From the human T2T-CHM13v2.0 reference genome, Homo sapiens, in NCBI RefSeq assembly GCF_009914755.1, contig NC_060930.1: 64,000 bases of DNA, one strand, 5' to 3'. A model generated the notes under the pieces. The model had not been told where the DNA came from. It was given only the letters and a program-made list of their open reading frames with translations, and made no database searches. Of this stretch, positions 13,850 to 26,859 are shown piece by piece. The position numbers and the translations under genes were made by a program. Each line of letters opens with the position of its first letter. Within the stretch, counting starts at the first letter, position 1.

Positions 13850-14775
13850 GCCAAGATTCTTAATATGCATGTTCCTCTCTCTTGCTACACGTTTTTTTTT
13901 AACCATTCCAGCTGCCTGATCAGCTACTTCCACTAAAACCATCTCTGGCCCTCGGAACCCCCTGTTCATTCATTCTTTAACCTATTCCTCATCCATTGGT
14001 CTCTCCTTATTTCTCTCCATATGTACCTTAGATTCCTTGGTTCCTCAACATTAGGTCTTACCAAATCATCTCCCCGTCCCTCGGCAAATTTGTCAAAACC
14101 CCAACTCTGGACGAACTCAACAATACATTTTCTCTGTACCTGTACCCAGGTATCCCAGGAGGTCAGAGAAAACGACACAATAGGGCAGATAAGAATCCTG
14201 ATAAACTCATAAGATACCAGCCTTGAATGGGGGCTCCATCCTGCCGAGCAATCCTACCGTATTTCCCTGGCCAGGATGTTCTCCTGTGCTCTTAATGACT
14301 ATTTTGAACTTTCTTTACTATTTTGGAAATTCTAAAGCCTCATCAATACCTGTCTTTTCAGAAGAGAACCCTGATTCTTTTCTAAGAAAATTAAAGCATT
14401 TAGACTAGAACCCTTCAACGTTCTGCTCCCAAATCAATATACCTGACTGAATACCTCATTCCTTCCTCCCAGCCTCATTCCCTCTCTTTGCACTTAGAGG
14501 AGGTGTTTGTGTTCTTGGCCGAGCCTCATCTTTCTATCTGTGTTCTGGATTGCATCTCCTCCCACTTCTGAGAGATGTCTCAATATTGATTATTCTTTCC
14601 TGCTCTAAATTTCCCCCCTCCCAGTTCATTCCTATCATCATTTCTATATGCTTGAGCTTCTACCGTATTTATAGAAGAAATGAATTTCTCTTAATCTCAC
14701 ATTTGTCTTTCAGTTACCACCTGATCTCTTTTTTCTTCTACACCAAATTCCTTGAAAGAAGTGTATACAATAATT
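13850..14775 (+). mobile_element. L2 internal fragments
   Basis: Pyrimidine-rich L2 ORF2-like remnants (AAAACCCCAACTCTGGACGAACTCAAC; AAATTCCTTGAAAGAAGTGTATAC); resumes after the L1 at ~16100. Confidence 0.6.
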
Positions 14776-15231
14776 AGCCGAGTATTTCTTTTTAGCTACT
14801 AAAACATGTGATTTATTCTACCCACATATAAGGGTTACATTTTCATAGCTGAGTTTTAAAAAATTGTGGTGAAATACACATAACAAAAAATTTTACCATC
14901 ATAACTATTTTTGAGTAAACAGTTCAGCCGTATTAAGTGTATTCACATTACTGTGCAACTGATCTCCGGAATTCTTTTCATCTTGCAGAACTGAAACTCT
15001 ATACCCATGAAGCAACAAGTTTCCCTTCCCCATTTCTCTAGCCGCTGGCAGCCACCATTCTGCTTTCTCTCTCTGATTTGACTGCTCTGGATACTTCATG
15101 TAAATGGACTCTTACAGTATTTGTCTTTTTGTGATTGGCTTATTTCACTTAGCTTAATGTCCTCAAGGCTCATCCGTGTTGTGGCATGTGTCAAAGTTTT
15201 CTTTTTTGGAGCTAATATTCCATAGTAGTGT

Positions 15232-15257
15232 ACACACACACACACACACACACACAC
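15232..15257. repeat. (CA)n microsatellite
   Basis: Perfect dinucleotide run beside the Alu tail. Confidence 0.9.
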
Positions 15258-15262
15258 GTATA

Positions 15263-15293
<31 letters not shown>

Positions 15294-15572
15294 TTTGAGA
15301 TGGAGTCTCACTCTGTCGCCCAGGCTGGAGTGAAGTGGTGCCAAGGCTCACTGCAAGCTCCACCTCCCAGGTTCACACCATTCTCCTGCCTCAGCCTCCT
15401 GAGTAGCTGGGACTACAGGCGCTCACCACCACGCCCGGCTAATTTTTTGTATTTTTAGTAGAGATGGGGTTTCACCGTCTTAGCCAGGATGGTCTTGATC
15501 TCCTAACTTTGTGATCCTTCCGCCTCAGCCTCCTAAAGTGCTGGGATTACAGCATGAACCACCATGCCCGGC
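15263..15572 (-). mobile_element. AluY-like
   Basis: CACTGCAAGCTCC..GGTTCACACCATTCTCC; TAGCCAGGATGGTCTTGATC. Confidence 0.92.
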
Positions 15573-16099
15573 TGTATATACACTACATTTCTACATTTTG
15601 TGTATCCATTCGCTCATCAGTGATGGACACTTGGGTTGCTTCTGTCTTTTTGCTATTGTAAATAGTGCTGCTGTGAACATGGATGTACACATATCTCTTC
15701 AGGGCCCTGCTTTTAATTCATTTGGGTACACACCCAGAAGTGGGATTACTGGATTATGTGGTAATTCTATTTTTAATGTTTTAGGAAGTTCCGTACTGTT
15801 TTCATAGTAGCTATACAATTTTACATTCCCACAAACAGCACTTAAAGATTCTAATTTCTCTACATCCTTGCTAACAGTTATTATTTTGTATTTCTCTCTT
15901 TTTCCAGTAGTGGCCATTCTAATGGGATAAAGTGGTATCTCACTGTGGTTTTGATTTGCAGTTCCCTAATGATTAGTGGTATTGAGTATCTTTTCATGTG
16001 CTTGTTAGCTATTTGTATATCTTCTTTGCAGAAATATCTATTCTTTGTTCATTTTTTAATAGGGTCTTTTGTTCTTTTTTTGTTGAGCGTAACTAGCCC

Positions 16100-16790
16100 A
16101 ATTTTTTCATTTCCTCTTCACTCCTCAATGCATTCAACTTTGTATCCTGCTAATATCATATTAACAAAATAGTAGGTATCTCCACATCATCATGTGTGAT
16201 GGGCATTTTCAGCCTTCATTTCATACTCTCAGCATTTGACCTGGCTGATCTCTCCTTTCCTTCTCCACACTGGCTTCATTGATGGCAGCTGACTTCCCCT
16301 CATGGCCCTGCCTTCTTTTCAGGCTGCTCTTCCTGCTTGTCCTCTTCAGCAGACTTCTCCATCCTGTTCTCCTTCACAGTTTGCTCTCAGGTCTCCTTCA
16401 CACTCTGCTCTTGCCTGGAGATCTCACCCTTGCTCATGGCTGTTGCCAGCTACAAGTGCCATTTGCATTCCAATGACTCCAAACTTTAAATTTGTAGATC
16501 AGCTTGCTTCTCTGAATTCCAGATGCAAATGATCTCATTGCCCATTAACATTCCCACTTGCACTTCTTAAGGACACTCTTCATGTTCAAACCTAAACCTT
16601 TGGTCTGTCTCTGAAAGCTGCTCCTCCTTGATTTCACACATCAGTAAAAGGCACTGTTACCTGCCTGGTCACCAGGACCCTCAGACTATGACCTCTTTCT
16701 CTTCCTCCTTTCGTTTCCATGTCCTGAGGATTTCAACTCTTAAATATATGGAATATCTCTTACATACATCCACTTTTATCAACTCCTGTC
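16100..16790 (+). mobile_element. L2 continuation
   Basis: CTCTCAGCATTTGAC..TCTCTCCTTTCCTT..GATCTCA..CTCATGGCT..GACTCCAAA..CTCTGAATTCCAGA, typical L2 3' half. Confidence 0.7.
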
Positions 16791-16794
16791 CGTC

Positions 16795-17347
16795 TGTCAG
16801 AGGCGTTTGAACCAGAGCTACTCCGTCTTGAATAGGGGCTGGGTAAAATAAGGCTGAGACCTACTGGGCTGCATTCCCAGATGGTTAAGGCATTCTTAAT
16901 CATAGGATGAAATAAGGGGTCAGCACAAGATACAGGTCATGAAGACCTTACTGATAAAATAGATTGCAGTAAATGAGCTGGCCAAATCCCATCAAAACCA
17001 AGATGGCAATGATAGTGACCTCTGGTCGTCCTCACTGCTACACTCCCACCAGCGCCATGATCATTTACAAATGCCATGGCAACATCAGGAAGTTACCCTA
17101 TATGGTCTAAAAAGGGAGGCATGAATAATCCACCCGTTGTTTAGAGTATCATCAAGAAATAACCATAAAAATGGGCATCCAGCAGCCCTCGGGGCTGCTT
17201 TACCTGTGGAGTAGCCATTCTTTTACTCCATTACTTTCTTAATAAACTTGCTTTCACTTTACTCTGTGGACTCGCCCCCGAATTCTTTCTTGCGTGGGGT
17301 CCAAGAGCCCTCTCTTGGGGTTTGGTCAGGACCCCTTTCCTGTAACA
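16795..17347 (+). mobile_element. MER41A solo LTR (ERV1), full length
   Basis: TGTCAGAGGCGTTTGAACCAGAGC...CCCCTTTCCTGTAACA, 553 bp, AATAAA near 17241, 4-bp TSD CGTC/CATC; lacks the MER41B GAS block. Confidence 0.92.
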
Positions 17348-17566
17348 CATCCTCGTTACTGCCGCGTGCATCTTATTGCCTTCTAGCTCCGCTCCCCATA
17401 TGCGTGCTTTTATTTTTTATGCTCCACATAGAGCAATCTCTTTAAAATATACTCTGGATTATCTTGACCCACTGTTTACAATCGTGTATGTACGGGCTTC
17501 CCTAGGTTCTCAAAGAGCAGTGATGTGGCCCCAGGGGCTGGGAACAAGGGGAGAGCAGAAGGGGTG

Positions 17567-17977
17567 TGTTAATCAAGTTTATCTTAAAGCTGCCTCCTTA
17601 CATATTTAAGTTCAGCCTGAAGGTTTTTCTGTACATCGTGAACTATAACAAGTGGAGGTGTAAACCAACAATAGCCCACACCTGTGCCAGTTACTGAGTT
17701 TTGGCCAAATGTAGCCAACTGTTTGAACCAAGTTCAAATAAGGCTAACGGCAACCTGTAACCAATCCAGCTGTTTTTATACCTCACTTCCAATACTTCCA
17801 ATTTCTGTACATCATTTCCTTTTTTTTTTTTTTTTTTGTCTGTAAATCTTTTTTGACCACGTGGCTGCTCTGGAGTCTCTAAATCTACTGTGATTCTGGG
17901 GGCTGCCCATTCACAAATTGTTCATTGCTCAGTTAAACTCCTTTAAATTTAATTCAGCTGACATTTTTCTTTTAACA
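17567..17977 (+). mobile_element. MER57-family solo LTR (ERV1)
   Basis: TGTTAATCAAGTTTATCTTAAAGCTGCCTCCTTACATATTTAAGTTC...TTTTCTTTTAACA; 4-bp TSD GGTG on both sides. Confidence 0.88.
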
Positions 17978-18489
17978 GGTGGAAGATTGAAGGTCTGAAG
18001 AGTGGGAAGTCCCAGGAACAGGCAATTCCAGGAAGATATGAGGAAAATCAAGAAAGAGAAGGAAACTGAAGCTAGTGGGAAGTGCTTCAAGTTGGAGATG
18101 ATGCTGAGATGGCCAAAAAGTGAGAGGTGGAAAACATTTGGAGTGAGTTAAGGAGAGAACGCGAGGCAAGGAAGTGAAGCTGAGTGAGTTGGGGAGTGGC
18201 GTGCAGGGGCCTTTGGCCACCCCAGGCTCTTTCTATGTGAACATTCTGAGACTGATTCTGATTTTTTTCCCCTCCCAAATTGCTCTCTTTTCCTTTCTTC
18301 ACCTACTTACTCCCTGGTCATCCTTCCTTTGGGTCAGTGAAGTTGCTGGTTCTTTAGGGAACACTTCTCTGATTGCTGAAGCTAATAGTCTCTCCCTGCG
18401 GTTGCCGGTTGTTTCCAATAGTTGACTAGTTTTCTTCCCCAGCACTTACGAGTACACAGCCAGTCACTCTGGTTGCTCACTGTCTTCCT

Positions 18490-18620
18490 TCTTCCTTGAC
18501 TGTCAGCTCACAGGAATGCAGGGCCCTTACTTGTTTTACTCACCACTGCATCCCAAGGATATAGCAGAGTGCCTGGCACACGGTAGGTGCTGAATAAATA
18601 TTCGTTAAATGATTGATTGG
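18490..18620 (+). mobile_element. L2 3' end
   Basis: CACTGCATCCC..AGAGTGCCTGGCACACGGTAGGTGCTGAATAAATATTCGTTAAATGATTGATTG. Confidence 0.85.
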
Positions 18621-19699
18621 AGGAAAAAACCACCATCCTCCATGGTAAACCTTTACTTTACTTTTGCATACTTCTAAAAGTATAATCTAGAGGTTCAGTG
18701 ACTCCCGCAAATAAACAGAAAAGGGCACAGAGGGTGGCGATAGGGCCACTGATAACAGGAGCTGGAAGTAGAAGACATCTTTTTTCCGAAGTTGAAGACT
18801 TGTACTTCCATAACCTTGGCAGATTAGGAAATGTCAATTACCCTCCAATCCAACCTCCTATATAGAGCCACACACTGGTTTCCTAGCCTTTTATGTATTG
18901 AAAAGATGTTATCCTATAAATTTTCTTCTTTTCCAATGTGTTCTATAAATATCCACTAAAATACTTTAATTGCAAGAAAGTTAGATATTTGAGGTTATAT
19001 CCATGTTTCATTTCTGTGGAAAACAACACAGAAAATGTTACCCAAGTATAACTGGGCACCATGGCTCCAATATTTTCTCATTATCAGCTCAAACACAACT
19101 TAGAATAAAAAAGTCATGTAAAGCAATTCAAATATTTCACTTCATCTGTCAAGGAAATATCAGGAGGGTGGTTGGGAGTACATTCTTGATGCACAGCAGG
19201 AATCTTTTACACTTCTTTCTCCCCATTTCTGCCCCTCTCGGTATCCTCCACAGGGAGAGCAGCTGCTCCCTGAAACTCTCACTCTCTCTGCATTTTTCCT
19301 TTCCAGTGCCTCAAAACTGCACACCACCTGGTACTTGGCAGTGCAGCACTTTGCTCAGGGGGATGGGTCTCCATCTCTCTGCCGTCCTGTTTTTCTTTTT
19401 TCCCGTCAATTATTCTTTGCCTTTTCCATAGATCAAGAAGAAGGTGATGTGTACTCATGTACATTAAAAACTCCTGTCTCCATTGCCTATGAACAGCAGC
19501 ATCAAACCACTATGCAGAATTAGCATGAATTTATAGCTAGAATAGGAAAGTTCAAACTTGGAAACAACCATCGTAGTTTACCAGTTGGGTTTTGAAGTTT
19601 TTTCTCTCAGATCTGTTGCTTACTAGCAATGTGAACTAGGTAGCAAATTACCCTCTCTTGAAATGTTAGCAGATTCACTTGTGAAATGAAGTTAGTGAT

Positions 19700-19853
19700 G
19701 AAGGCCAAGGTAGGGATAGCCATGCAGTTCTGTTTCTCCTTATCTCATCATCTCACTTTCCCAGGGAGATCTTTAATCTTGGAAATTAGCACTCTCTGGT
19801 CACGTGGTGAAAGTGGGTTGGAAGAAAGATGCATGCAAGGAGCAGTGCTTCTA
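19700..19853 (+). repeat. Direct duplicate, copy 1 (partner 22126-22277)
   Basis: Manual alignment: ~25 mismatches plus one 2-bp gap over 154 bp. Confidence 0.9.
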
Positions 19854-20454
19854 CCCCACCCAGTTATCATGAGCTTTGAGTGAGAGGGTTCATGTAGAGT
19901 GTTTAGGATGGTTTTTGACTCACAGTGAGAGCCCATAAACGTGAGCTGTCTGTCTCCTCTGTCCCTCGTCCTTTTTACACCCCCTCACCCACTGCATTTT
20001 CTTCTCCTCTGTCATTGCAGAGGCAGTCAAGCGTATTAGTTCACCCATTCTTCCATCAACTTTGAACTAGGGCTTATAATATTCATTTTGCAGTTGAAGA
20101 CATGGAGGAAGAAAGGAAAACGAGGAAAAGAGACAAAGAGACAAGAGGAATGAAGTGCTCCTGTGATCAGTTTTCCTCATTTCATTTTTTTCTTTGAGTT
20201 GAGAGGGTCAGCTCACTTTCTGCCTCCACTTTCCTTGAAAATTCCAATGAACAACCCTCTTCTATATTTTCAGGCTCAGAGTATGCACCAAGTTAGATGA
20301 GTCTTGATCCTGAAGGATTAACATGAAACAAGCTGGCAAATAGAATATAGATTAATGGGGTCCAACCATACCATTGAATATGATTAATGGAATTGGGGAA
20401 TTTGGTTGATGGAATGAGATCTCCCAAACCTTCTTACATGTGGGAGATGACTAA

Positions 20455-21095
20455 GTGAATTAGTTTCCTAGGACTGCCATGACTAAATACTGTAAACTGG
20501 GTGGCTTAAACAACAGTACTTTATTTTTCAGTTTTGGATGCAGACAGCCCAAGACCAAGATGCTGGAAGAATCGGTTTCCTTTGCGGATGCTCTCCTAGG
20601 TCTTTTTTTTTTTGGAATCTTGCTATTCGCCTGCCTCAGGCTCCCGAATAGCTAGGATTACAGGCACCTGCCATCATGCCTGGCTAATTTTTGTATTTTT
20701 GTAGAGACGGGGTTTCATCATGTTGGCCATGCTGGTCTTGAACTCCTGATCTCAGGTGATTCGCCCACCTCGGCTTCCCAGAGTGTTGAGATAACAGGCG
20801 TGAACCACCACGCCTGGCCTCTCCTAGGTTTTTAAATGACTGCATTCTTCCTGCCTCTTCACACAGTCACCCTTCTGTGCACAAGGATCTGCTGTCTCTC
20901 TGTCTGTGTCCTAACCTCCTCTTCCTATAAGGATTCCAGTTGGATTGGACTAGGGACCTCACGTAGGACCTCATTTTAACATAATTACCTCTTTAATACC
21001 CTGTCTCCAAATACGCTCACCTTCTGAGGTACTGGGGGTTAGGGCCTCAAAATATGAATTTGCGGGAAGGAGAAATATAGCTTAGCCTATAACAA
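20455..21095 (-). mobile_element. MLT1A-like solo LTR split by an Alu
   Basis: TTAGTTTCCTAGGACTGCC..AAACTGGGTGGCTTAAACAACAG; CTCTTCCTATAAGG..GACCTCATTTTAAC..TTCTGAGGTACTGGGGGTTAGGG. Confidence 0.88.
20602..20818 (-). mobile_element. Alu with internal right-arm deletion, TSD CTCTCCTAGGT
   Basis: T tail-GGAATCTTGCT joined directly to ATTCGCCTGCCTCAG; TSD at 20591 and 20819. Confidence 0.88.
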
Positions 21096-21163
21096 CTATA
21101 GGGCCAAAATCTATTTTGTTAGCCTATTAATGTGTGAACATTTTTGATATGTAAAGAAGCTCA

Positions 21164-21488
<325 letters not shown>

Positions 21489-22125
21489 TCAGTAACACCA
21501 GTGTGAACCCAAGTCACATCCCAGAGAATTGCAATCACCTTTGTTGTATGCCTCTTAGGGCATTGTGGAAAGGGAGACTCACTAATGTTCATTTTGGTTA
21601 TGATTTAATAATGAACCGGTGATGGATTACTAGCTCATAAAGTCAACTCAGAAAGTTGAACTTGGGGTGATTTTTTTCTGAGTTTGAATCTTGTAAGCAT
21701 GACTTGAGAGGGAAACCAACAATGTTTAAAAGAGAATAAATGCTATTTTCTGAATCCAATTTAAAGAAAGGGAAGTAGCCCAGTGTTTAAGGCAGAATTA
21801 TCTTGAATCCACAGCATATTCTAAGGCCAGAATGTTTACAAGTGCTTTGGCCTTAACATGTTCAAGAATTGTTTGACACCATCTTTGTAAGAACCTTTGG
21901 ATATTTTTTCAAAGTCCTCAAGCTATTTTATTTCCGTAGAGTACTATTTCACAGTGACATAAGCTGTTTGAGGTTGGATATTTTCTGCTTCTAGTTTTCT
22001 CTTTGAAAGCAAAAACTAGAAGCCTCGGAGCTCAAATTGTTCTGAAAGGCAGAGAGTCCCAAGTGTGAGGGCCAGGGGTGCACGTGGCCTCCTGTGTTCC
22101 TCTGTCAGCAGGTTTGGACCAGAAG

Positions 22126-22277
22126 GAAGACCAAGGTGTGGATAGCCATGCAGTTGTGTCTGCTTGTCTCATCATCTCACTTTCATGGGAAGCTCTTTAA
22201 TCTTGGAGTTCAGCACTCTCCGGTCATGTGGTGAAAGTGGGTTGGAGCAAAGATGAATTAGAGGAGTGCTGCTTCTA
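22126..22277 (+). repeat. Direct duplicate, copy 2 (partner 19700-19853)
   Basis: Shares the blocks GGATAGCCATGCAGTT, TCTCATCATCTCACTTTC, TCTTTAATCTTGGA, GTGGTGAAAGTGGGTTGGA. Confidence 0.9.
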
Positions 22278-24670
22278 TTGAGGATAGGAGGCATGAGTTT
22301 AAGGGGCAAGTTCCATTCTTCCCTGAAGCAGCAACCTCCACCAAGGTAGAGATGACCACCTGTCTCTGGTTCTTCTTGGCCCCACTGTTTGGACTCTTGG
22401 CTACTTAAGAAGATGATTTCTCCCAGATGAAATTCTTGTTGGCATTTAGTTGTATTAAAAGTCATTTTTGGTGCTAGTGGATGAAGCCTTTTCCTTTAAA
22501 AATAATAGCCAGGTTAGTCCAATTGTGAGAGTTCTAAAGTTATTTTGAGTCTTCTGTAATGACTTTACAATAAATAGTTTAAATAAAGGTAAAGGACTCT
22601 GAAAAGAATACTCAAATTGAATGAATTTTTTTATGACGTATCCTGGATGGCATCCTCCATGACTCTAGACCTGGCCCCAAGCTCTTCCTTCTCTCCACCT
22701 GATACATGATGGATCTTCCTCTGTTTATGACTTTACTTACTGTCTGTCATGGGAAACACTGCCTCTCTCTCCTGACTTATTCTCAGTTCCTCAGTCTCAT
22801 TCAGCCTAATCCTTGAAGCAAAGGATGGCTTATCCTGGATGATCTTGGATGATCTTTCCCCAATATAATTAATATAGAAAGCCTGAGAGTTCATCTAGGT
22901 GATGTCTAAGGCATTATTTAGCTCTAAAATATCTATAATCCGTTTTCTCATCTTCATAAGGCGCTTCTCTATTTTATCCCATAAGGGCAATATAAACCTT
23001 CCATCCACTCATCACTCAAAGTAGTATCAGTGTTCTTTGACTGTTTTTTGGGCTTCTTTATCTCTTATGTGCCGCCAAATGCTCCCAGGATGGTTTTCTA
23101 TAGCACATATCTTTGTTTTCTTTAGTTTTAAGGCAATGAAAGTTCTACAACATTTTCAAACTATGTAAGTCTCCAATATCTCAGTAAGCAAAGCATTTGG
23201 CAAGTCCCAGTATTTAAGAGAGTTTGTAAAGTGTGTTCTAAATTTTTCCTTGTTTCTCTTTTACCCTATACTAGGTAAGCAATTATTTTTGCTATCCTTT
23301 CATCATTCGTCTCCTTTCGTGGGCCCCCTGAGGCTTGTGGCCAGACATTACAGAGGTGGTTTCTCCGAATGATAGCCTGTAGACAGTCAGCGTTTCCCTG
23401 GGAGGGGCTGTATTCTCTTTACAATCCAAACAACCAACCCAGAATAAAATCTCAGCAATGTTTCTGGCCTATAAACAGCATGCCTTCTTCGGTTCACTTC
23501 CTGACACCTCCCCAGGCTGTTTGGGTTTTTGCAAACATCCTCACTGGCTGCAGGAAGGGTGGGATGAAACTGTTTAGTTGTTCAAGGAGTACAGAAGTCT
23601 CATCAGTCAGCAGCTCCTGAAAGAACCAGGGCCAGAAAGAACAGGCACTCCAGAGGGCACGAGACAAGGAGCAGAATGAAGACAGAAGCAAAGATGAAAG
23701 AAGATAGGAGCAAAGGGTAGATCTGGAAAGGTTTAGCAAAAGCCGTTGTGTTTCTTTTCTAACAGGTTTGTTCTTGTACAGCCATTAAAATTAGTAGCAC
23801 AAGCGTGCTCAAAACAGCCTGTTATCCACGTTTCTGTGTTTAGCTCAGTCTAGCAAAATTGTTAAAAGTCACTTTGCCAGACTTCCGTAGGTGGTATCAC
23901 TTCAAGAGAAAATGGCCAAGCCTTTTTCTCAGGTGGGGCAGACCCTTGGTTTAGATCATTAAGTAGGGCTTTGTGGCTGTCAAGAACTGGGCTGATATGA
24001 GAGCATATCATATCATGGATGAGAGTACAGGAATAAAACTGCAAGGAAAAACAGTTCTCTTTTTCCTCTTTCCTTTCTATGTTTCTTTCCTTTTTACATG
24101 GAAGGTCAGTGAATGAAGATTAAATAGACTGTCTTTCTGTTCTTTGTCTTCTTTCTGACAAGAACAGCTGTGACATTCTCAATGACAAAGAAGGAACAAT
24201 TTGCAGAGACGCTGGGCCAAATTTTCAAAATTGAGTTCCTAATTTACACATGAAAAATATGTGACCTTGAGGATGATTATTGGAACAAACACAGATTTTA
24301 CATGTGTGTGGTTGGGAGTGTTTGCATCACTGCAGTTCTGCCTTTGCACAAATGCACCCAAGCTGAAGCTCACTGGACAGATGCAATTCCTAGCCATGCG
24401 TGAGTCCTTGGGCAGCTAATGTTTCAGCTTTGAACCTTTCTCTTTCAATAGTAAATTTCCAAACACAAAGTGGATCATAGACACATACAAATGTACTTTT
24501 CTACTTTTTCAAAGTTTTGGTGTAGATTTGTAGTATGGCTTTAATGTGGTGTACCTATTGCTGTGCAGTAATGTCTGGCAATGGGTTTGCCTGAGTTTAT
24601 AGTGAGAATGTCTTTAACATCCATGAGACCCAGGGATCTAAAAAATTGTTTAGAAAATAGCTCAGAATGA

Positions 24671-25036
<366 letters not shown>

Positions 25037-26229
25037 TTACTTCTAAGCTACTCTGAAATAGGCCCCACTGTGCATCAGACATTGTTCTGGTGCTTCCTGT
25101 GACTCACACTGTAGCTTCGGGGAAGTCTTTGTTTTCTACTACTTTCTACTACCTGAGGCTGCTAATCTTCAAGTGGAAGTTGTTGGGTAGCTAGTGTTAG
25201 ACAGTTCTCCTAGGGCCTGGAGACCTCTGAACTTAATATGTAAGGTAGGGGCTTTCACTAAGATAAATGCTGGTTCCCCTGGACCAGTAGGACTCTCTCT
25301 AAAGAGGCAAGCTGAGCAGTAGAGTACTTACACTGTATTGTGTTTTGACACTGGCCACACTAGTCTCCCCCAGTGGAACTAATCCTCCATTAGTTTTTTT
25401 TCTCCCTGGAAAATGATAAAATGGTAGTCCTTGTCTGCTGTATACAGGCCAAAGTCGATGAAGAACTTGGTTGGATAGCCATCATTTGGTTTATTTGGAC
25501 ATAGATTAGTTTACTGAGCCATAGAGTTATTTAAAGGTCCCAGATAGTACCAGGGGATGCGTCCCTGAGAAATCTTACCTAGCTCTTGATGATGTGTAGA
25601 GCATTGAGAAGGTAGAGTCAACTCTGAACCCAGCTAGGTATTACTTATTCAAAGGGGACTAGAAACATTTTTCCAGGGAGAAAAAAACCCATTGCCATCT
25701 ATGGCAGGGGACTCTGACTCCTCCAGGATTTGAGATTGTAGGGGAAAACAAATATCACGGAATCAAATAGAATCTCTGGAACAGACATACAATGCAGGAT
25801 TGAGGACCCTCTCACCTTAGTCATACTGACTGAGAAAGCCTTCTTACAGATGTGTTGTCTGTTAGCTTCTCGTCATAGTTAGTACTGTAGGCTATTAAGT
25901 GGGCTAAAAAGGCTAAGTAAGGATGGTGCCCATTTTGCTGACTTACAAATATCTTAATGTCAATCTTGAATAAACCTCATTCCACCCAATTTCCTAGCTT
26001 TGCTTTTAGCTAGAGTTTTAATGGAGAGTGATAGCAACCTCTTGTTATGATTCTGTTCTTGTCAAATTTGGTTTGCAGTTTGTTATTGTTGTTAGACAGT
26101 TTCATCTTCCTTTACCATTTTCTTAATTTTTTTTTGGATTGCCACTTCTTTTATTTTGAGTTTCTAGAATCCAGGAGAATATTTTCTATCTAGGTTAATT
26201 TAATTAATATTTTTAAACCTTCTTCAAGG

Positions 26230-26425
26230 CAATGTGGTGGAAAGACCCCAGGAAGTGGAGTCTGTTTTCTTGCCTTTGTGTCCCACCTCTTTATTATATA
26301 ACAGTCAGCGAATCACTTGATCTCTTTGACACTTAATTTTTCCCAACTATAAGCTAGAAATAAAAACCTGTGTCTCACTCCTTCCAAAGTTGTGATGATC
26401 AAATGAAATAATGGATATAAAGTCA
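26230..26425 (+). mobile_element. MIR fragment
   Basis: AATCACTTGATCTCTTTGACACTTAATTTTTCCC..AAGTTGTGATGATCAAATGAAATAATGGATATAAAG. Confidence 0.6.
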
Positions 26426-26859
26426 ATTACTTTGTAAACCCCAATGTCAATAACTATTATTAAGCCATTTAAATCCCAGGAATATTAATACAGGTTTTTA
26501 TTTAAAATGGTTTCTAAACTTAAGGGTATTATAAGGATAACATTTATTTCTAGCCTTTTGCTCATGCACCATGGTGTATAACACCATGTTCTTGGGTAGG
26601 AAACAGCTCTATTTTTTGGTGTTTCCTATTCCATATGAGCTCTGAACATTTAAATAAATAGAATACACTATGGAAGAAATGCCATTCTTATTTTTTAACT
26701 AACTATAAAGATGTCATCTATTTATTGCTTCAATTATTTGTATAATTTTATATAAACCAAAGTGGGATAATCTGAGTTTTTGATGCCTTTCCAATAATTT
26801 AATTTTCATGTTAAAAAATCTCATTTTGTAGATTGGGACTTTTATTTCTGGTAATATCT

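Larger units (their letters stand above)
14855..16090 (-). mobile_element. L1MB-type 3' segment, interrupted by (CA)n and an AluY
   Basis: TTGTGGTGAAATACACATAAC..TGGCTTATTTCACTTAGC..GATGGACACTTGGGTTG..GTGGTTTTGATTTGCA..TTCATGTGCTTG. Confidence 0.9.
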
